64,000 nucleotides of DNA from contig OX597814.1 in the NCBI GenBank assembly GCA_951406725.2, forward strand, positions 94,240,001 to 94,304,000, in the 5' to 3' direction. Shown here one piece after another: positions 41,669-56,738 of this stretch. How positions within the stretch are numbered: position 1 is the stretch's first letter; the number at the start of each line of letters is the position of its first letter. Below the pieces are notes generated by a model. It saw only the letters and a program-made list of their open reading frames with translations. It was not told the DNA's origin and made no database searches. The position numbers were made by a program, and so were the translations under genes. The stretch is from Octopus vulgaris (Eukaryota).

Positions 41669-43906
41669 ATCCTAAAAACATATCTTGAATTTATTTATTG
41701 ACATTTCGAGTTAAATCCTTGAAAATGGTTAATGAAAATTATTTATACCAAACTCTAGATTAATGTACAGATACATTCTTTGCATTGAATCTGTATATAT
41801 ATAACGATTATATAAAGGAACGGTTCCTGATACGTTTATTCTGGAGGCTGTTTAAAGAAAACCTTTCATTTCTGTTTCTCGAATATTTAACTATTGCACA
41901 TCGAAGGTGTACTATATATTTTTAAAAACGACACAAGGTTTTTGAGTTTTGAAAGGTGAAATGATACGTGTATGAAACGCTAAATGATAGTGGACACATA
42001 TTTATTAAAGTGACTATAAATCTTTACATAATGTAGGTAACGTGCACATAGCTTAAGGTATATAATTTATTACTAATATACATTGACTGTATATGTGTGC
42101 ATTTATGATGAATATATGAATTTCGAAGTTATTGAGGAATACATGAATTTCGAATTAAATTCAATGCAATTAATTGAAATATCAAATTATATTAAAACTC
42201 GAATATCATTTTGATACAGAAAATTTAAATTAATAAATGTTGTTTCAAATATATGGTGTTCTGAACGTAATTTTTAACTTTTGAATTGCATTTACACGCT
42301 TACTACTAAACTATCATATGAAATATCAGTTATGTTTACAAATTGTCAGATATTATATGGTTGTATTCAAGCTGTTCTTAAATATATGATTGTCACCTTA
42401 AAGACACTGTATTGCTTTCCATTTTAATTAAAGAAAACACGTTAAAATTTTGTAATTCAAGTACATATACATTCATGGGTATTATTACATAGATTTATTT
42501 ACTATTCATATGAATTCTTGACTATCTTTTACGTCGCAATGGCTGCATTTAAATCCGAAGTAAATGAAAGATGATCGAACGTGTATGGAGATTTGCATTT
42601 ATTTCGAAAATTATGTAATCCATATTTATATTCCAGCTGTAATTTTGTGTTTTCGCATTGCAATTCATTACAGACACCTGGATACAATATTTTCCTAAAA
42701 TATTTGCTTTGGTGTGACTCACTCAAACAGTTCATTGAAGTTTACAAGTTTTACTTGAAGATATATTTAGGTAGCATACTTAACCTAAGTCAACGTTGTG
42801 GTCACTATTTCTCTTCCAGCTAAAATGAAGGGGTTGAAATATTTGAACTCAACCAGATATCAAGTGGTGCTGTCACTGCTTATACTAACTACATGGCCAA
42901 GAAAATGAACAATGTTTTATTTGAGGGTTAATTCTGATATAGTAGGTCGACACTATTAAATCGACTACATGCATTTATATAAGATTTTTGTTGTTTTTTT
43001 TCGTTTTAGGTGAGCATAGCATTTTACTTTCCTTCAACGATTTAACGATGTTCTCATTAATCTATTTATGTAAAACCATTTTACTGGCGAACTTTCATGG
43101 CAAAAGTTATATTGTGATACTTTGACGCGTACTATTTCGTTAAAATAAAAAGAAAATATCAACAATTAGCAGGAATTGTTAACATTTGGCCCATCTTCTA
43201 GTGTTCTTGAAAATCGACTTTTATTTACTTGTGTTTTTCAAATCATATTAAATGAGACATTAATTAAACAATCATATTATAATTAGCAATGATTAATAAT
43301 TGCCTATAACGTCAATCGTCTTAGGAAAAGCCTCCATCGATTAAACAATAATTTAAATTAATTTTTTCCCTTCATCATTATGAATTTTTTATGCTACAAA
43401 ATTGGTTTCCTGTTCATTACTTATCTGCCAATATTCATTCTATGAACAAATCTCCTTTCTAAAATTGAAAGCCTACTTTCAGTACATAAAATATTAATGC
43501 TAGAGGAAGCTATTTGATATTATTTTGTTGAATGTAACATCACACATGAATTCATTTATCATTGCCAAACACTCATAAAACATTTCCGTTTTATTTTATA
43601 TTGAACCAAATGCATATCATGTAAAAACTACACTTTATTTTTCTTCTTTTTACATTTATAGAAAACTAAGTGAAACGCTATTTATTCCGTGCCGATATAT
43701 GTGTGTGTGTGTGTGTGTGTGTGGTCTGCGCCTGTGTAGATATAGATATACATAGATATATAGGTAGATAGATGAATGTATATATGCGCATGCATATATA
43801 TGTGTGTCTGTGTATATATATGTATACATATATATATAGATATAGATACAAAGCTATATGTATATGCACATATGATATATGTATACATGCATGTATGTAT
43901 GTTTGC

Positions 43907-43937
<31 letters not shown>

Positions 43938-43961
43938 GCAGGTTGAAAAGGAACACACGAG

Positions 43962-44020
<59 letters not shown>

Positions 44021-44122
44021 TGAGAGAGATACATAGATAGATACAAAGATATATGTCTATCCACATATGATATATGTATTATTTATGTATCTAAGTATGC
44101 ATATATATACATATACACACAC

Positions 44123-44168
<46 letters not shown>

Positions 44169-45232
44169 CATACATACATATATACACATATATATATATA
44201 TGTATATGTGTGTGTGTATGTGTGTGTGTGTGTGGAAATACATATAACGTTTGCCCACATAAATGTATGTGAAATGACATGTCCAAAAAAAGCTCACATA
44301 TCATTTTTGTATTTTATTTGCTTTATAAGCCAATCAGAAAACTTAATGTTTAAAACATTATATGATTAATTATATTGACGTAAACTCTTCCAACTATGAA
44401 TATCAAACATCGTAACTCTAATACAGTCCTCGAACATGTTACGTTCCCTAAGAGTACCGCCCTTTTCCTGAAAATATGCAATATGTCTAAATGTTTGATC
44501 AAATTGGGTATTATCCTGGAGTTTGTAAAAATATCGTTGCTCTTTCTGATTTATCTTCTAATCAATTCAATAAACATTGTTATGGTGATGCTCTAAGGAT
44601 AAGGAGACACTGTAACTCTATGTAGGCTTATATTGGAAAACTCTGTACTGCACAAGGAACATTTCTCAAAATCACTCTGTCTCAATAAATCATAATAAAT
44701 TCACTCGTTTGTTTGTCTTTTTCAATGTTGGTACATTTTTTTCTTTTTCCCTTAAAGATATGTAAAGATATATCGGGATGCAATGTCAGGCATGAAGAAT
44801 GAAGAAAGATATGGAAATTTGATTTCTGCACTTTAAAAAAGAAATAGTAATCAGTAAGTGCAACTTGCAGAGGAAGTAATAAAATACGTTTCTTGGGATT
44901 TCTGAAACTGTTAACTTTATGTCTGATATTCATTTTTTTATATTTTTAGAATCCATCGATGAATAAAATATTTTATCAAATATTTTTTTTCACTTTGTTA
45001 CACAATATGTAGCATATTATATAAATAGATAGCACGGAACTTCAAATACACTAAGATTTGAAGCAATGGAGAAAACTTTATGTAACACGCTTTTGAATTT
45101 TTAATATGATGACTGACAAAAACATTATTATCCCTTAAATTTGGAAAGCATTTCCGCTTTTCTCTAAAATGCAGTTAAGAACATATCGATAAAAGGATTT
45201 TTTCTGAGACTTTCTTGAGCAGAATATGTATT

Positions 45233-45425
45233 AAAACGCCGGTCAAAATGCTTAGTGGTATTTCGTCTGCTGCTACGTTTTGAGTTTAAATTCCGCCGAG
45301 GCCCATTTCAATTTTCATCGTTTCGGGGTTGATAAATTAAGCACTAGTTGCGTACTTGGGTCGATCTAATCGACTGGCCCTCACCCCCAAAATTTCGGGC
45401 CTTGTGCCTAGAGTAGAAAAGAATA
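45233..45425 (+). mobile_element. SINE with Meta-like core (single unit)
   Basis: Homologous to 36960-37335. Confidence 0.75.
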
Positions 45426-45479
45426 TGTATTAAAAACATTGAAAAGCAATATCAGAATTTAACAACATATGTATATTTA

Positions 45480-46880
45480 TATTATTTACATTTGATGGAT
45501 ATTTGTCCTCATCTTTTTTGTTGCTAACACAACGTTTAGGCTGATATTCCCTCCAGCCTTTATCAGAAGGTTCTTATTCCTAAGGTAGTTTTCGAACTCG
45601 GAATCTTGGGGTTAGTAGCCCGCGCTCTTAACCACCACGCCATATTCCCATGAGCAATTAAGGAGTGAATTTTAGGGCTTATAACTCTAATATTTTCCTA
45701 TCCTTCCCTAATACCGTTTCCCTTATGCTACTCATATCTGCACTCGGTCTGCTTAGGAGTTTGTTGTGTCCTACTAGTATATGCACTGCTTCTTTTAGGT
45801 TTCATATTTTCCAGTGGTGTTCTCTGTCTCTTATTTTAACTTCATCCCACATCTTATTTTAACTTCAGTTTTCCATATATGATCAGCTATACCCGATTTA
45901 TCAATATCGCCCCGTGTTACAGTTTTCCGATGTTCGTCTACCCTTATTTTGAGGGGGAAGCATGATTCGCCTTTGTATAACCTACCACAGCTGCATAGAA
46001 TAGAGTACGCGCAGTCTTTGGTCATATTCACTTCTATAGGTACAGTGTAAAGAGAGGGATTGCTCAGTACCTAAAATATCGAGCAAAGAATATAAGTAGC
46101 GATCGTGATACCCACCATGAAGAAAAGATGAAGCTAAGTAACAATCTATTAAGTAACAACTACCCTCAAAACATAGTATACCCTCCAATTATGGGGAAGA
46201 GAGGGGATGAAACCAATAAACTGTCCACAGTCTGTCTACCCTATATGAAAGGCATTTCCGAAGAGATACAAAATATATGTGGCTCATATGACATCAGGAC
46301 AATATTCAAGTGTAATACAACACTTCGCAAATATCCCCTTCGAGTAAAATCACTAATAGAAGAGAATATGACCAAATACTGCGTGTACTCCATCTTATGC
46401 AGCTGTAGTAGGTTATACAAAGGCGAAACATGCCACCCCCTCAAAATAAGGGTAGAGGAACATCGCAAAACCTTGACACGGGAAGTTATTGATAAATCGG
46501 GTATAGCTGAACATGTTTGAAAAAATGGAGACCACCCCTCCCTGTGGGATGAAATTCAAATAACAGGCAGAGAACACAACTGAAAAATACGAACACTAAA
46601 AGAAGCAGCACATATGCTAGAATACAACAACCTCCTAAGCAGACCGAGTGCGGATATGAGTAGCATACGGAAACCAGTATTAAGTATATGAAAATATTAG
46701 ATTTATAAGCCCTGAAATTCACTCCATAATTGTCCACGGGAAAATGGCGTGAGGAATGAGAACCCAGATTCGAAATTTCCCCAAGACACCTGATGAAGAC
46801 TGGAGGGTATATTAGCCGAAACGATGAGGACAAATATATGTCAAATGTAAATAATCTACATAATTCTTCATCTCTTAAAA
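45480..46880. mobile_element. Penelope-like element (Poseidon-like) in inverted arrangement: two GIY-YIG copies on opposite strands plus terminal repeats
   Basis: Plus strand VCLPYMKGISEEI..CVYSILCSCSRLYKGETCHPLKIRVEEH..SGIAEHV (46128-46520). Minus-strand copy at 45660-46035. Terminal repeats at 45480-45590 and 46750-46880. Confidence 0.88.
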
Positions 46881-48668
46881 CATATATTTATATATTTATA
46901 TTTGGCTCTTCAAGGAGATGTTAGAAAGACTATCGACTACTTCTGATTCGCAAACGAGAAGTATTCTTAGTAGGGGAGTATTAATAATCAATACAATGGT
47001 ATTGTATGAATTATTCTTGATTATTTATAACATGAACAGATCTTACTACGTACCAGACTAGAGCAATCGATGGGAAATCATGAAATTATTTGTGCAAATA
47101 TTCATGATGCAAAATACCATTAATAGTTTGGAAGTTATCGCATATTGAATTAAAATTATGCGAAATTTAAGCAAGTTTTGATTCTTTAACTTAACTCCGG
47201 ATTGTTTTTATGCTTGATTATATTAAAAACAAAAGTAGAAGGCATCGAAATAAGATATGAAGTATGTTCATTGTCAGGCTTTTAGTTTTATACATGCTCA
47301 TAAAGCTGTTAGGACGGGTAAAAGATTTAGTAAAAGACATTACATAACAGATTATGTATATGAGTTTTCATCATTTTTCTGGAGACATAATTGATACTAC
47401 TTCTATAGATAACTGAAATAAGTATATGAATTAACAGGCCGCGTCTTCAAGCGTATTTTCTTCCTTTTTGTAATTTAAATCATTAACATTACTGTAATGT
47501 TTAAAAATTGTGTGAGGACCGTTAAACAAGAAATAAGCTATTGGTTCAAATTTTAGTCAAGCTAATCCACTCCACTATGCTAGAGAAAGGCATCAACACC
47601 TCTAAGACACATTTTATCAATGGGGATTTTGCGTTTACTCTTAAGTGAATTGTCTATATAAATGAATAAGCACTAAGGAGAAGGGTATATGCACTCAGTA
47701 AAACGGTTTTACTCATGGAATACAACAGTTTTTCCCACTTATGCTGTTAACGGCATTAGGAAAGATACAGACATTACATAACCCTTCCCAGTTCTCCCAT
47801 AACAGGAGGATACCTTTACTTAGTCGAAAAGAAATTATTATTGCTACAAAGAACAGATTGCGACAATACATTTGTGACAAATAGATGAAACTAACACCTA
47901 ATATCTAAAATATCATCTATATCTTAATTAAATCGATAATATTAACGTTTTACAGAAGAGTCGTTTCTACTTTAGTGGAAGCAAATTTGTTCGTGTCTAA
48001 GGAAATTTGTTTCACATCATCACCATATCAATAAAAATATGTTATTACCGCATGCTATTAGTTTAGGAATAAATTAGAAATATATCAGTTGATCTATATT
48101 ATCTGAAGTTCTGATACCATAAGTCTAATTAGTACCGTAACAACAGATTAGCTTCCTTAATTAATGTAATTTTCATATAGCTGTAAAATTGTTCTATCTG
48201 ATAAATTCACTCTCGTTCTGTGAATTGAGAGCCATATATACTCTAGATAGATTATAGTTTGAAAGTTAATTTTAATAACAATGCTGATAGTGTTTTTGTG
48301 CAATAAGAATACATGATAAGGAAGATTAATTATCTTTTAACACTTCTACCATTAAATATTTATTATTTGTGTTTGCAACCACTGCTCAGACACACTGAAT
48401 TACGGACTGAAGAAATGGGAGTTATGGAATATGACTTTAGCTTGGAAATTACTGAGTGAAATATCTACAATCCAAACATCAATTTTTCATCGCCAACACT
48501 TCTATTTATGTATTTATTATATATTTTTACCATAAGTTTTTTTAACAATAGCGTTTTTTTTTAATACAATAGCGTTACAAGAATGTTGTTGACAACAACA
48601 CTCTTGTAAAAGAATAATAATGATAGTAATAATATAAAAACGCATATAGAAATGTCAACAATACGCAC

Positions 48669-48711
<43 letters not shown>

Positions 48712-48804
48712 CACATATATATACACATATAGATATATATATATAGCTTCAACACAGTTGCCGCATACCTATACCTCTCCTCACAAACTGTCAGCTACTG
48801 TTTG

Positions 48805-49134
48805 GCCGAGGTCGACTTTACCTTTCATCCTTTCGGGGTCGATTAAATAAGTACCAGTTACGCACTGGGGTCGATATAATCGACTTAATCCGTTTGTCTG
48901 TCCTTGTTTGTCCACTCTATGTTTAGCCCCTTGTGGGTAGTAAAGAAATAGGTATTTCGTCTACCGCTACGTTCTGAGTTCAAATTCCGCCGAGGTCGAC
49001 TTTGCCTTTCATCATTTCGGGGTCGATTAAATAAGTAACAGTTACGCACTGGGGTCGAAATAATCGACTTAAGCCGTTTGTCTGTCTTTGTTTGCCCACT
49101 CTGTATTTAGCCCCTTGTGGGTAGTAAAGAAATA
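48805..49134 (+). mobile_element. SINE Meta-like core, tandem dimer (184 bp period)
   Basis: 48805-48950 is nearly identical to 48989-49134. Confidence 0.85.
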
Positions 49135-50155
49135 CGAATTTGCACTGAGAATGTAAAGTCGGTCGCAATGACGATAAGCATGTTATCGGTTGCACTAACA
49201 ATTCTGCCAGCTCACCGACCTGTACTAGTTTGGTAATGACAGTTATTTCAGGAAATACTTCATTACTTTAGTGATTGAGTGAAACAAAATCATTGCATTT
49301 CAACTCGGAAATCATCGTCGCAGACGTTGTCGTGCAGTAAAGTTGATCGATTCGCCTTCAGCAAGTGTTTTCTAGTTCCTCGGTTGAATCCAAGTCTTGT
49401 AAATGGAATTGTAAAAGCGGAAACTGCGGAAACACTGAGCATGTTCCTGAACTGTAGTTGTAGTCCTCAATCCAGTTTCAAAACAGGAGATTTGCGTCCT
49501 TGAGCAAGCATTTTCTACTATATCCTCAGTTAAATCAAAGCCTTCACAATAAAACTGTTAAAATGGAAACAGTGCAGAAGTACATCTTGTTCTGCATGTT
49601 CTTGAAAAGTAGAACTTAACCGTTACCAAGTTTAAAGCTATGAGGTTTGGAATCTGGAGTAGAATTTCCTGTGTTGGAAACATTCGGGCAAGATCTCCAG
49701 CCTGTGAATAACTCGATATATTGTCACTGATTTGTATCATGGAAAATGCTTCTTTTCTCTTTCGGATGTGGAAGGGCTGGAACATAGTCAAAGCTGCGTA
49801 CATTTCTTCTCTGGCTAATCTGCATCAGTACTTGATTAGTTCTTATTTCTTGGACACCAAATGATAATGGAAGAACTTAATATTCAAGAAATGATTGTGC
49901 ATTCAAAGTTTTGTGGATTGCCTCTGTTCTGTTGCAAAAACAAATTTGGGCTGATATCAGCAATTGTAAGATCAAAAGAATTCAGTCACTAAAGGCCTAA
50001 TTCGTGTCACTTAAGTCCTAAAGGGGAGAACATAATTACAATAAAGAAATTATTTGCTTTTGGAAAGGCAATCGATTCATGTTCGACAAACTCCCTTAGT
50101 TAATTCCTCCAACTTTTCGCCAGAATTGATACTTTATGTATCAGATAAGTAATGT

Positions 50156-50225
50156 TTTCTTCTTCTTCTTCTTCTTCTTCTTCTTCTTCTTCTTCTTCTT
50201 CTTCTTCTTCTTCTTCTTCTTCTTC

Positions 50226-50257
<32 letters not shown>

Positions 50258-50275
50258 CTTCTTCTTCTTCTACTT
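50156..50275. repeat. (TTC)n microsatellite
   Basis: Direct read. Confidence 0.95.
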
Positions 50276-50713
50276 CCCTTTCTTCTTTCTTTGATTCTTT
50301 CTTCCTCTCTCTCTTTCTCTATACCCGTCCCCCAATCTATCTCAAAATCGGCTATGACTCTAAGAGATTGTCAGGGGACCTCACACACGCTGTTCCTTTG
50401 CTCCAAGAAATGGAAAACATCCAGCTCGGGCCGTGCAGCCCCTTCTGAAAGGCCTTAGATAAAAGGAAACAGAAAACGGTGCGCGTAAACAGACTGATAT
50501 GTTTTAAGGCATAGAAAACTTAGATCAAAGCCGGATCAAAGCCTATTTGCCTGTGTGAGTTGAGAGTATTACTGTCTGGGAGAAATCTTATGGTAGGAGA
50601 ATGATATTTAACTGCTATTTCTAAATTTCAGTATTCGATGAAGGAATTTTGCTAAGCCCTAATTGTAATTATGCTTATGATTATAATAATTTATATATAT
50701 ATATATATATATA

Positions 50714-50750
<37 letters not shown>

Positions 50751-50765
50751 ATGCATGTATGTATG

Positions 50766-50835
<70 letters not shown>

Positions 50836-51419
50836 GTATTGGAGCGATGTACAGATTGAATACATATGTGTATGTGTATGTGTGTGTGTATGTATATTTA
50901 TAGATAAGTGTTTATGTATGTATATGTATATCAAACATTGAATAGTAAACCACCTGTTCTTTTAGAAATCCAAAGGAGTGCCAAGTAAGAAATGGACACA
51001 ATATTTTCTTTATTTTTATATTTTATTTTCTATTTTATTTTTTCCCTTTCTTTCCTTCTCTTTTTCAAGGACACACAGTACATGTATGTATGCATGTTTA
51101 TAAAAACACACACACACAATTTCCTCCATATATATATGTGTGTGTATGTATATGTTTATATTTGTATGTAAGGATATATGTGTGTATGTACATAGCAACA
51201 CTCCCGCTATAGAAAAACAAACCCTCTTTTTCCCTCTCTCTTTCCAGGTCATCTAAAAAATGCAAAAGGACCCAAAAGGAAAAAAGAAAATACACATTTT
51301 AAAACTCACACACCCATATTCTCTCAATTTCACCTTCATCCATCTATTTTCATAGCACTCTCCCTCCCTCTCTCTCTCACACTTACCGTCAGGAGAGACC
51401 ATGGGCGAGCCCGACGGTA

Positions 51420-52714
51420 GTGGGTATAGACATTAGGGATTTGGGAGCTGGATGACATTCTATACAAAGAAATGAAAGTCAAGGTCAGCGAGGCTTATCA
51501 AAAATGGGTGAAGATGGTGTTGAAATCCAACCTGAATGCCAAAAAGTTGATTATCGCAAAGAATATCTGCGCAGTTGCGGTGGTCAATTATATATAGTGC
51601 GTCCATCCTCAAATGGATTAAGGAGGAAATATCAACACTGGATAGAAGGGCGAAAAAGTTGATGACGCTGCATGGGGCGCTACACCCAAAAGTAAACGTA
51701 AACAGACTGTATATGAAAAGAAAGGATAGTGGCAGAAGACTAATTAGTATAGAGCATTGTAGAAGGAGTGAAAGAAGAACGCTTGCCGAATATTTAATAA
51801 ACAGTGACAAAGACCTGCTGCAATATGCCGCGAAAGATATGGGTGTAAATGCAGATGAAATGACGAACAAGGAAGAGTTTAACCAAAGAGCTGAGAAGAG
51901 AAAAGAAGACCTTCTTGAAATGAGAATGCATGGACAGTTTGAAAGGAATACACAGGACGTTAAGGATAATAAAGCATCGTGGGCATGGCTGAAGCGCACC
52001 GAAAGCCTGATCCATGCTGCACAAGACTGGGCTCTCGCTACCAATTCAGTGGAGTATAACATATATAAAACTTCTGACACCCAGAAGGGTAGACTCTGTG
52101 AAATGAGGGTGGAAAATGTGACCCATTTGGCAAGTGAATGTGATAGCCTTGCGCAAAAAGAATACAAGCACCGCCACGATAAAATGTGTGTGTATTTTCA
52201 TTGACTCTTATGCCGTAAATACCAGCATGAAGTAACAGAGAACTGGTATGAGCATGTACCAAGTAAAGTTATGCAGGAGGATGGAGAAGTAACGATACTC
52301 TGGAATTATGATTTTCAAAGGGATCATATAATCAAACACCGTCGGCCGGACATTGCCATATTGAATAAGAGAGACAAATACTGTCAGATCATTGATATAG
52401 CTCAACCAAATAACATGAAATTTGTGAGTAAATAGGTTGAAAAAATCACCAAATACTCCGAATTGAAAGTGGAAATGGCAAGACCATATGGAATGAGAGA
52501 GAGTAAAAATGATACCAGTGGTGATCGGAGCGTTGGGCTCAATAACATTTAAACTTCAAGACTTCTTAAGGAAATCCCATGCAAGATTGCAAAAAGCAGC
52601 CTTATTGGGCACAGCGTACATCTTAAGGAAAATATTATCTGTCTGAGGTGCTTGTTGTGACTTATCACAAGACTAAAGACTCCGGTGCATTTTTACGTAC
52701 ACTGTGTTACAAAG

Positions 52715-52715
<1 letters not shown>
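51420..52715 (+). mobile_element. Dong/R4-type LINE, 3' part (distinct subfamily)
   Basis: LDRRAKKLMTLHGALHPK..RLYMKRK.SGRRLIS, MHGQF, AAQDWAL, ENVTHLASEC, RHDK, RRPDI, KYSELK, IPVVIGALG. Ends in (AAT)n. Confidence 0.88.
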
Positions 52716-52783
<68 letters not shown>

Positions 52784-52795
52784 GAATAAGAATAA

Positions 52796-52828
<33 letters not shown>

Positions 52829-52859
52829 TGATGATGATGATGATGATGATAATAATAAT

Positions 52860-55575
52860 GTCAGCGAAAGAAACACTTAAACAAATGTTCAAGCAAAAGC
52901 TCAGAGAATACGCAGATTTGAGAAAAGAATCAAATACTACAAGCAAAATAAGATGTTCAAATCCAATGCCAAATCATTTTACAGGGAAATAGGGAAAGGA
53001 AAAATAACCATTGAAAATACACCCATAATGGAAGAAGTTGAGAACTTTTGGAAAGGGATCTGGAGTAATGAGAAACTATACAATGAAAATGCAGACTGGA
53101 TCAAACGAACCCGAGATGCCTAGAAAAATCTACAAGAACAGGTATGGGAAGACATCTCAATCGCCGACCCAAGGAGGGCACTACCGAAGGCTCATAAGTG
53201 GAAATCCCTTGGCATTGATCGAGTACCAAATTTCTGGCTCTCATCATTCTCGTTCGCACACAAAATGTTAGTAATACTATTTAATAGTATTATGAAAACC
53301 CGGAAAAAACTCCCCATTGGATGGCAAATGGTATTTTTTACCTCCTCCCCAAAAATAACGAAACTAAAGACCCAAAAAACTATCGGTCTATAACATGTTT
53401 GTCTACTACCTATAAGATTTTGATATCCATTCTAGTGGAGAAAGCATATACGTTTATGGAAGAGAATAACGTCTTTCCCACTGAACAAAATGGATGCAGA
53501 CGAGGCTCATACGGATGCAAATATCAGCTCCTAATTAATCATATGATCCTTGAGAACTGCCATAACAAGCGCAGAAAACTCAGCTCTTCATGGATTGATA
53601 ATAAAAAAGACTTTGATAGCATACCACATTCGTAGATTCTGAAATCGCTGGACATTTTTAAAATTTCTCCTGAAATTTCAGATATTTTAAAGTATATGTC
53701 ACTATGGAACACGAAGCTCCAATTATATCATTCTAATGGAGTATTGCGTTCAAACAATATTAGCATAAACTGTGGCATTTTCCAAGGTGACTCACTTTCA
53801 CCGCTGATTTTCTACATAGCACTAATACCGCCCTCAAGTGAACTGAATAGAACAGGGTATGGCTACAAAATTGACAACAGGAAGATAAGCCATCTATTTT
53901 ATATGGATGATGAAGAACTTGAAAGACTACTACATACTGTGAAAGGATTCAGTGATGATATCGGGATGGATTTGTCCTTGAAAAGTGTGCCAGAGCCACT
54001 TTTAAGAAAGGGAAATTGGTAGTCAAGTTCAATTGAATTAGATGTCGAAACAATAATACAGGAACTTGAGCAGGAAGAAATCTATAAATACCTAGGAATA
54101 AATGAAGGCTCTGGTGGTATCCAGCGTGCAAAGATGAAAGAGAAGTTTAGGAAGGAATGTTATAGAAGAGTTCGAGCAGTCCTGAAGTCTGAGCTGAATG
54201 CATATAATAAGGTGTTAGCCATGCATTCCTTAGCAGTCCCAGTTGTTCTTTATAACTTCAATGTGCTTAACTAGAATACAAGTGAAATAATGAAAATTGA
54301 TAGAAAAACCCGCAAGCAACTGACTTGTAATAAGATGCACCATCCAAAGGCAGACGTGGATTGTCTTTCCGATTCTGGAGCTCAGGGAGGTCGCTTAAAC
54401 TTACGTACAAAACCACCACAATCGGACTGGCCAAATACCTTGAAACAGCCAACAATTGGATGCTAAAACTTGTTGAAAAACATGAAAGACCGGAAAAAAA
54501 CTTCACTCTATTCTGAAAGAAAGCAAAAAATTCGCTACTGATCTCTTAGATACCTACCAGATTGATCAGGTTGAAGGAAATGAGCCAACCGCTGTTGCAA
54601 AGAAAATGAAATTAATTGCAAAGACAAAAGCACATGAAAAATTAGCTAGCAGATGGGAACAGAAACCTCTGCATGGCAAGTATGTGACCCGTAACAAACA
54701 AGCTGATGTCGACCAGAAGCACACGCATCAATGGTTACGAAGCACAGAGCTAAAAGCAGAGAGTGAAGGTTTCATATTAGCTGCTCAAGAACAAAGCTTA
54801 TTAACCCGGAACTACCAAGCCAATGTGATAAAAAATAGAGCTGACCCAAAATTCTGTAATGATGAGATTGAAACTATAGACCACCTAATCTGAGGCTATA
54901 GAGTCTTAGCACCCGTAGAATATAAAGCAAGACATGACAGAGTCGGCCAGTATTTACACTGGACAATATGTTGGCATTATAAAATCAAAATCGTTGATAA
55001 ATGGTATAAACACCATCCTGAAGCTGCGACTGAAGGAGAAAATGCGTCGATTCTCTGGGGCTACCCCGTACATACCGACAAAACTATTAAAGCTAATAAA
55101 CCGGATATTATTATAAAAGATCAGACAAAAAAGGTGTGTTTATTAATTGACAATTGTATTCCTTGCGACCAAATATAGCGGCGAAAGAATTTGAGAAGAT
55201 CAGTAAATATAAAGACTTGCTAATAGAAATTGAAAAAATGTGGCATCTCAAGGCGACTACAGGACAAGTGATTGTAGGATCTCTAGGAATGATGTAAAAA
55301 AAGGTTCTGAAACCTATTTGAAAATGATACCAGGCTTACCATCCCTACAGGGAGTGCAAACAATCGTGTTAACTGGAACGACTCATGTACTGAGAAGAGC
55401 ATTCACGCTGTGAAAATAACATCCATTCATGAATGTATTTATTTATTAATTTTTTAAATACATATTTTACCTGTGTAATCTGGGAATGCATACAATGAGC
55501 TTCCCTGCCCTAGGTGTACGGCAAACACTCGGTGAGAAATGAAACAAAATTTGAAGAAAGAAGAAAAGAGCAATA
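52860..55575 (+). mobile_element. Dong/R4-type LINE, RT plus RLE (~2.7 kb), decayed
   Basis: KDPKNYRSITCLSTTYK, EQNGCRRGSYGC, DFDSIPH, GIFQGDSLSPLIF, HLFYMDD, YKYLG, LHGKY, AAQEQSL, RHD, KPDI, KYKDL. Bounded by AAT-type repeats. Confidence 0.93.
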
Positions 55576-56040
55576 AAAATAATAATAACGACAATAACAA
55601 TAATAATCATGTTAAAAGAGTGAAACTCAATCTTAAATGGAATAGGTTTCGATGTACTTTTATGTGAAAGACGCATGTTAAAATATGTCTGAAAGATTAT
55701 AACTGATGTCAACTTGTATCAGCTTTGCTCTACAATAATCTCAGATAGAATACTACTGGGCTATCTTGTATTTAAATAAATTTCTTAATATGAGGTATTT
55801 TTAGTAATTAGAATTGAAGTTTTGAGTCGAATTAAGAAATATGAGTAGACGGAGATATTAACGCAATGTAAATTAGATTACGAATATAATCTTATATACA
55901 ACCGAATAAGATTCTTCAATTTGATTCTTTTCTTAATTCAAGATGTCAGATATTAATTTGCTACATACCAATATAATGCTAACGGGTTACATTCAATCAT
56001 ATATGTGTATATGAATATACATACACACACACACACACAT

Positions 56041-56089
<49 letters not shown>

Positions 56090-56155
56090 ATATATATATA
56101 CATACATATATATATATAATAAATAGTAAATAATATATAATATATATATATATAG

Positions 56156-56738
56156 TGCATATATCGGTACAGGACATTACCAAAGGTACAAATAACATGA
56201 AATACGTAAACAATGAGATGAAAAATGGGAAAGAGGACAAGTACGCACAGAGAAATGACCCTTCAGCAGTTTCGACTGTATGTCTACTCCTCATTTTGAG
56301 AATTCAACGACAATATGAGTCTTCAAAGATAGTTGCTCCTATAAATTCTAAAATAAAATTTAGGTATTTATGGAGGGTCAAAGTTGGGAACAAAACTATA
56401 ACAGTGGAGACATACAAGGAAACCGAACGAAAACAAACGTGGAGGGTCGTTAGACCAGATCGAAAAGAAAATAGTGAACGCAGTGAGAAACATTTTTCTG
56501 AAAAGAGAAAAGATAGGAGAGAGGGAGAGGAAAGAAAATACGTTCGTGCTTTTGAACGTCCATGCAGGAAAAGAAAGACCCATATTGTCGATGAACGCTC
56601 GGAATGAGGAGCAGATATACAGCCGACAACTGATGAAGGATCAATTCTCTGTGTTTACTTGTCCTGTTTTCCAATTTTTCTTGTTTATGTATTTCATGTT
56701 ATTTGCACCGTTGATGATGTCCTGTAACCATATATGCA
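56156..56738. repeat. Fold-back element with ~170 bp diverged inverted arms
   Basis: 56156-56325 versus 56575-56738. Partial relatives at 32258-32348 and 32410-32470. Confidence 0.8.

Noticed and set aside
51460-52167. 235-aa minus-strand ORF
   Set aside because: Antisense shadow of the Dong LINE ORF.
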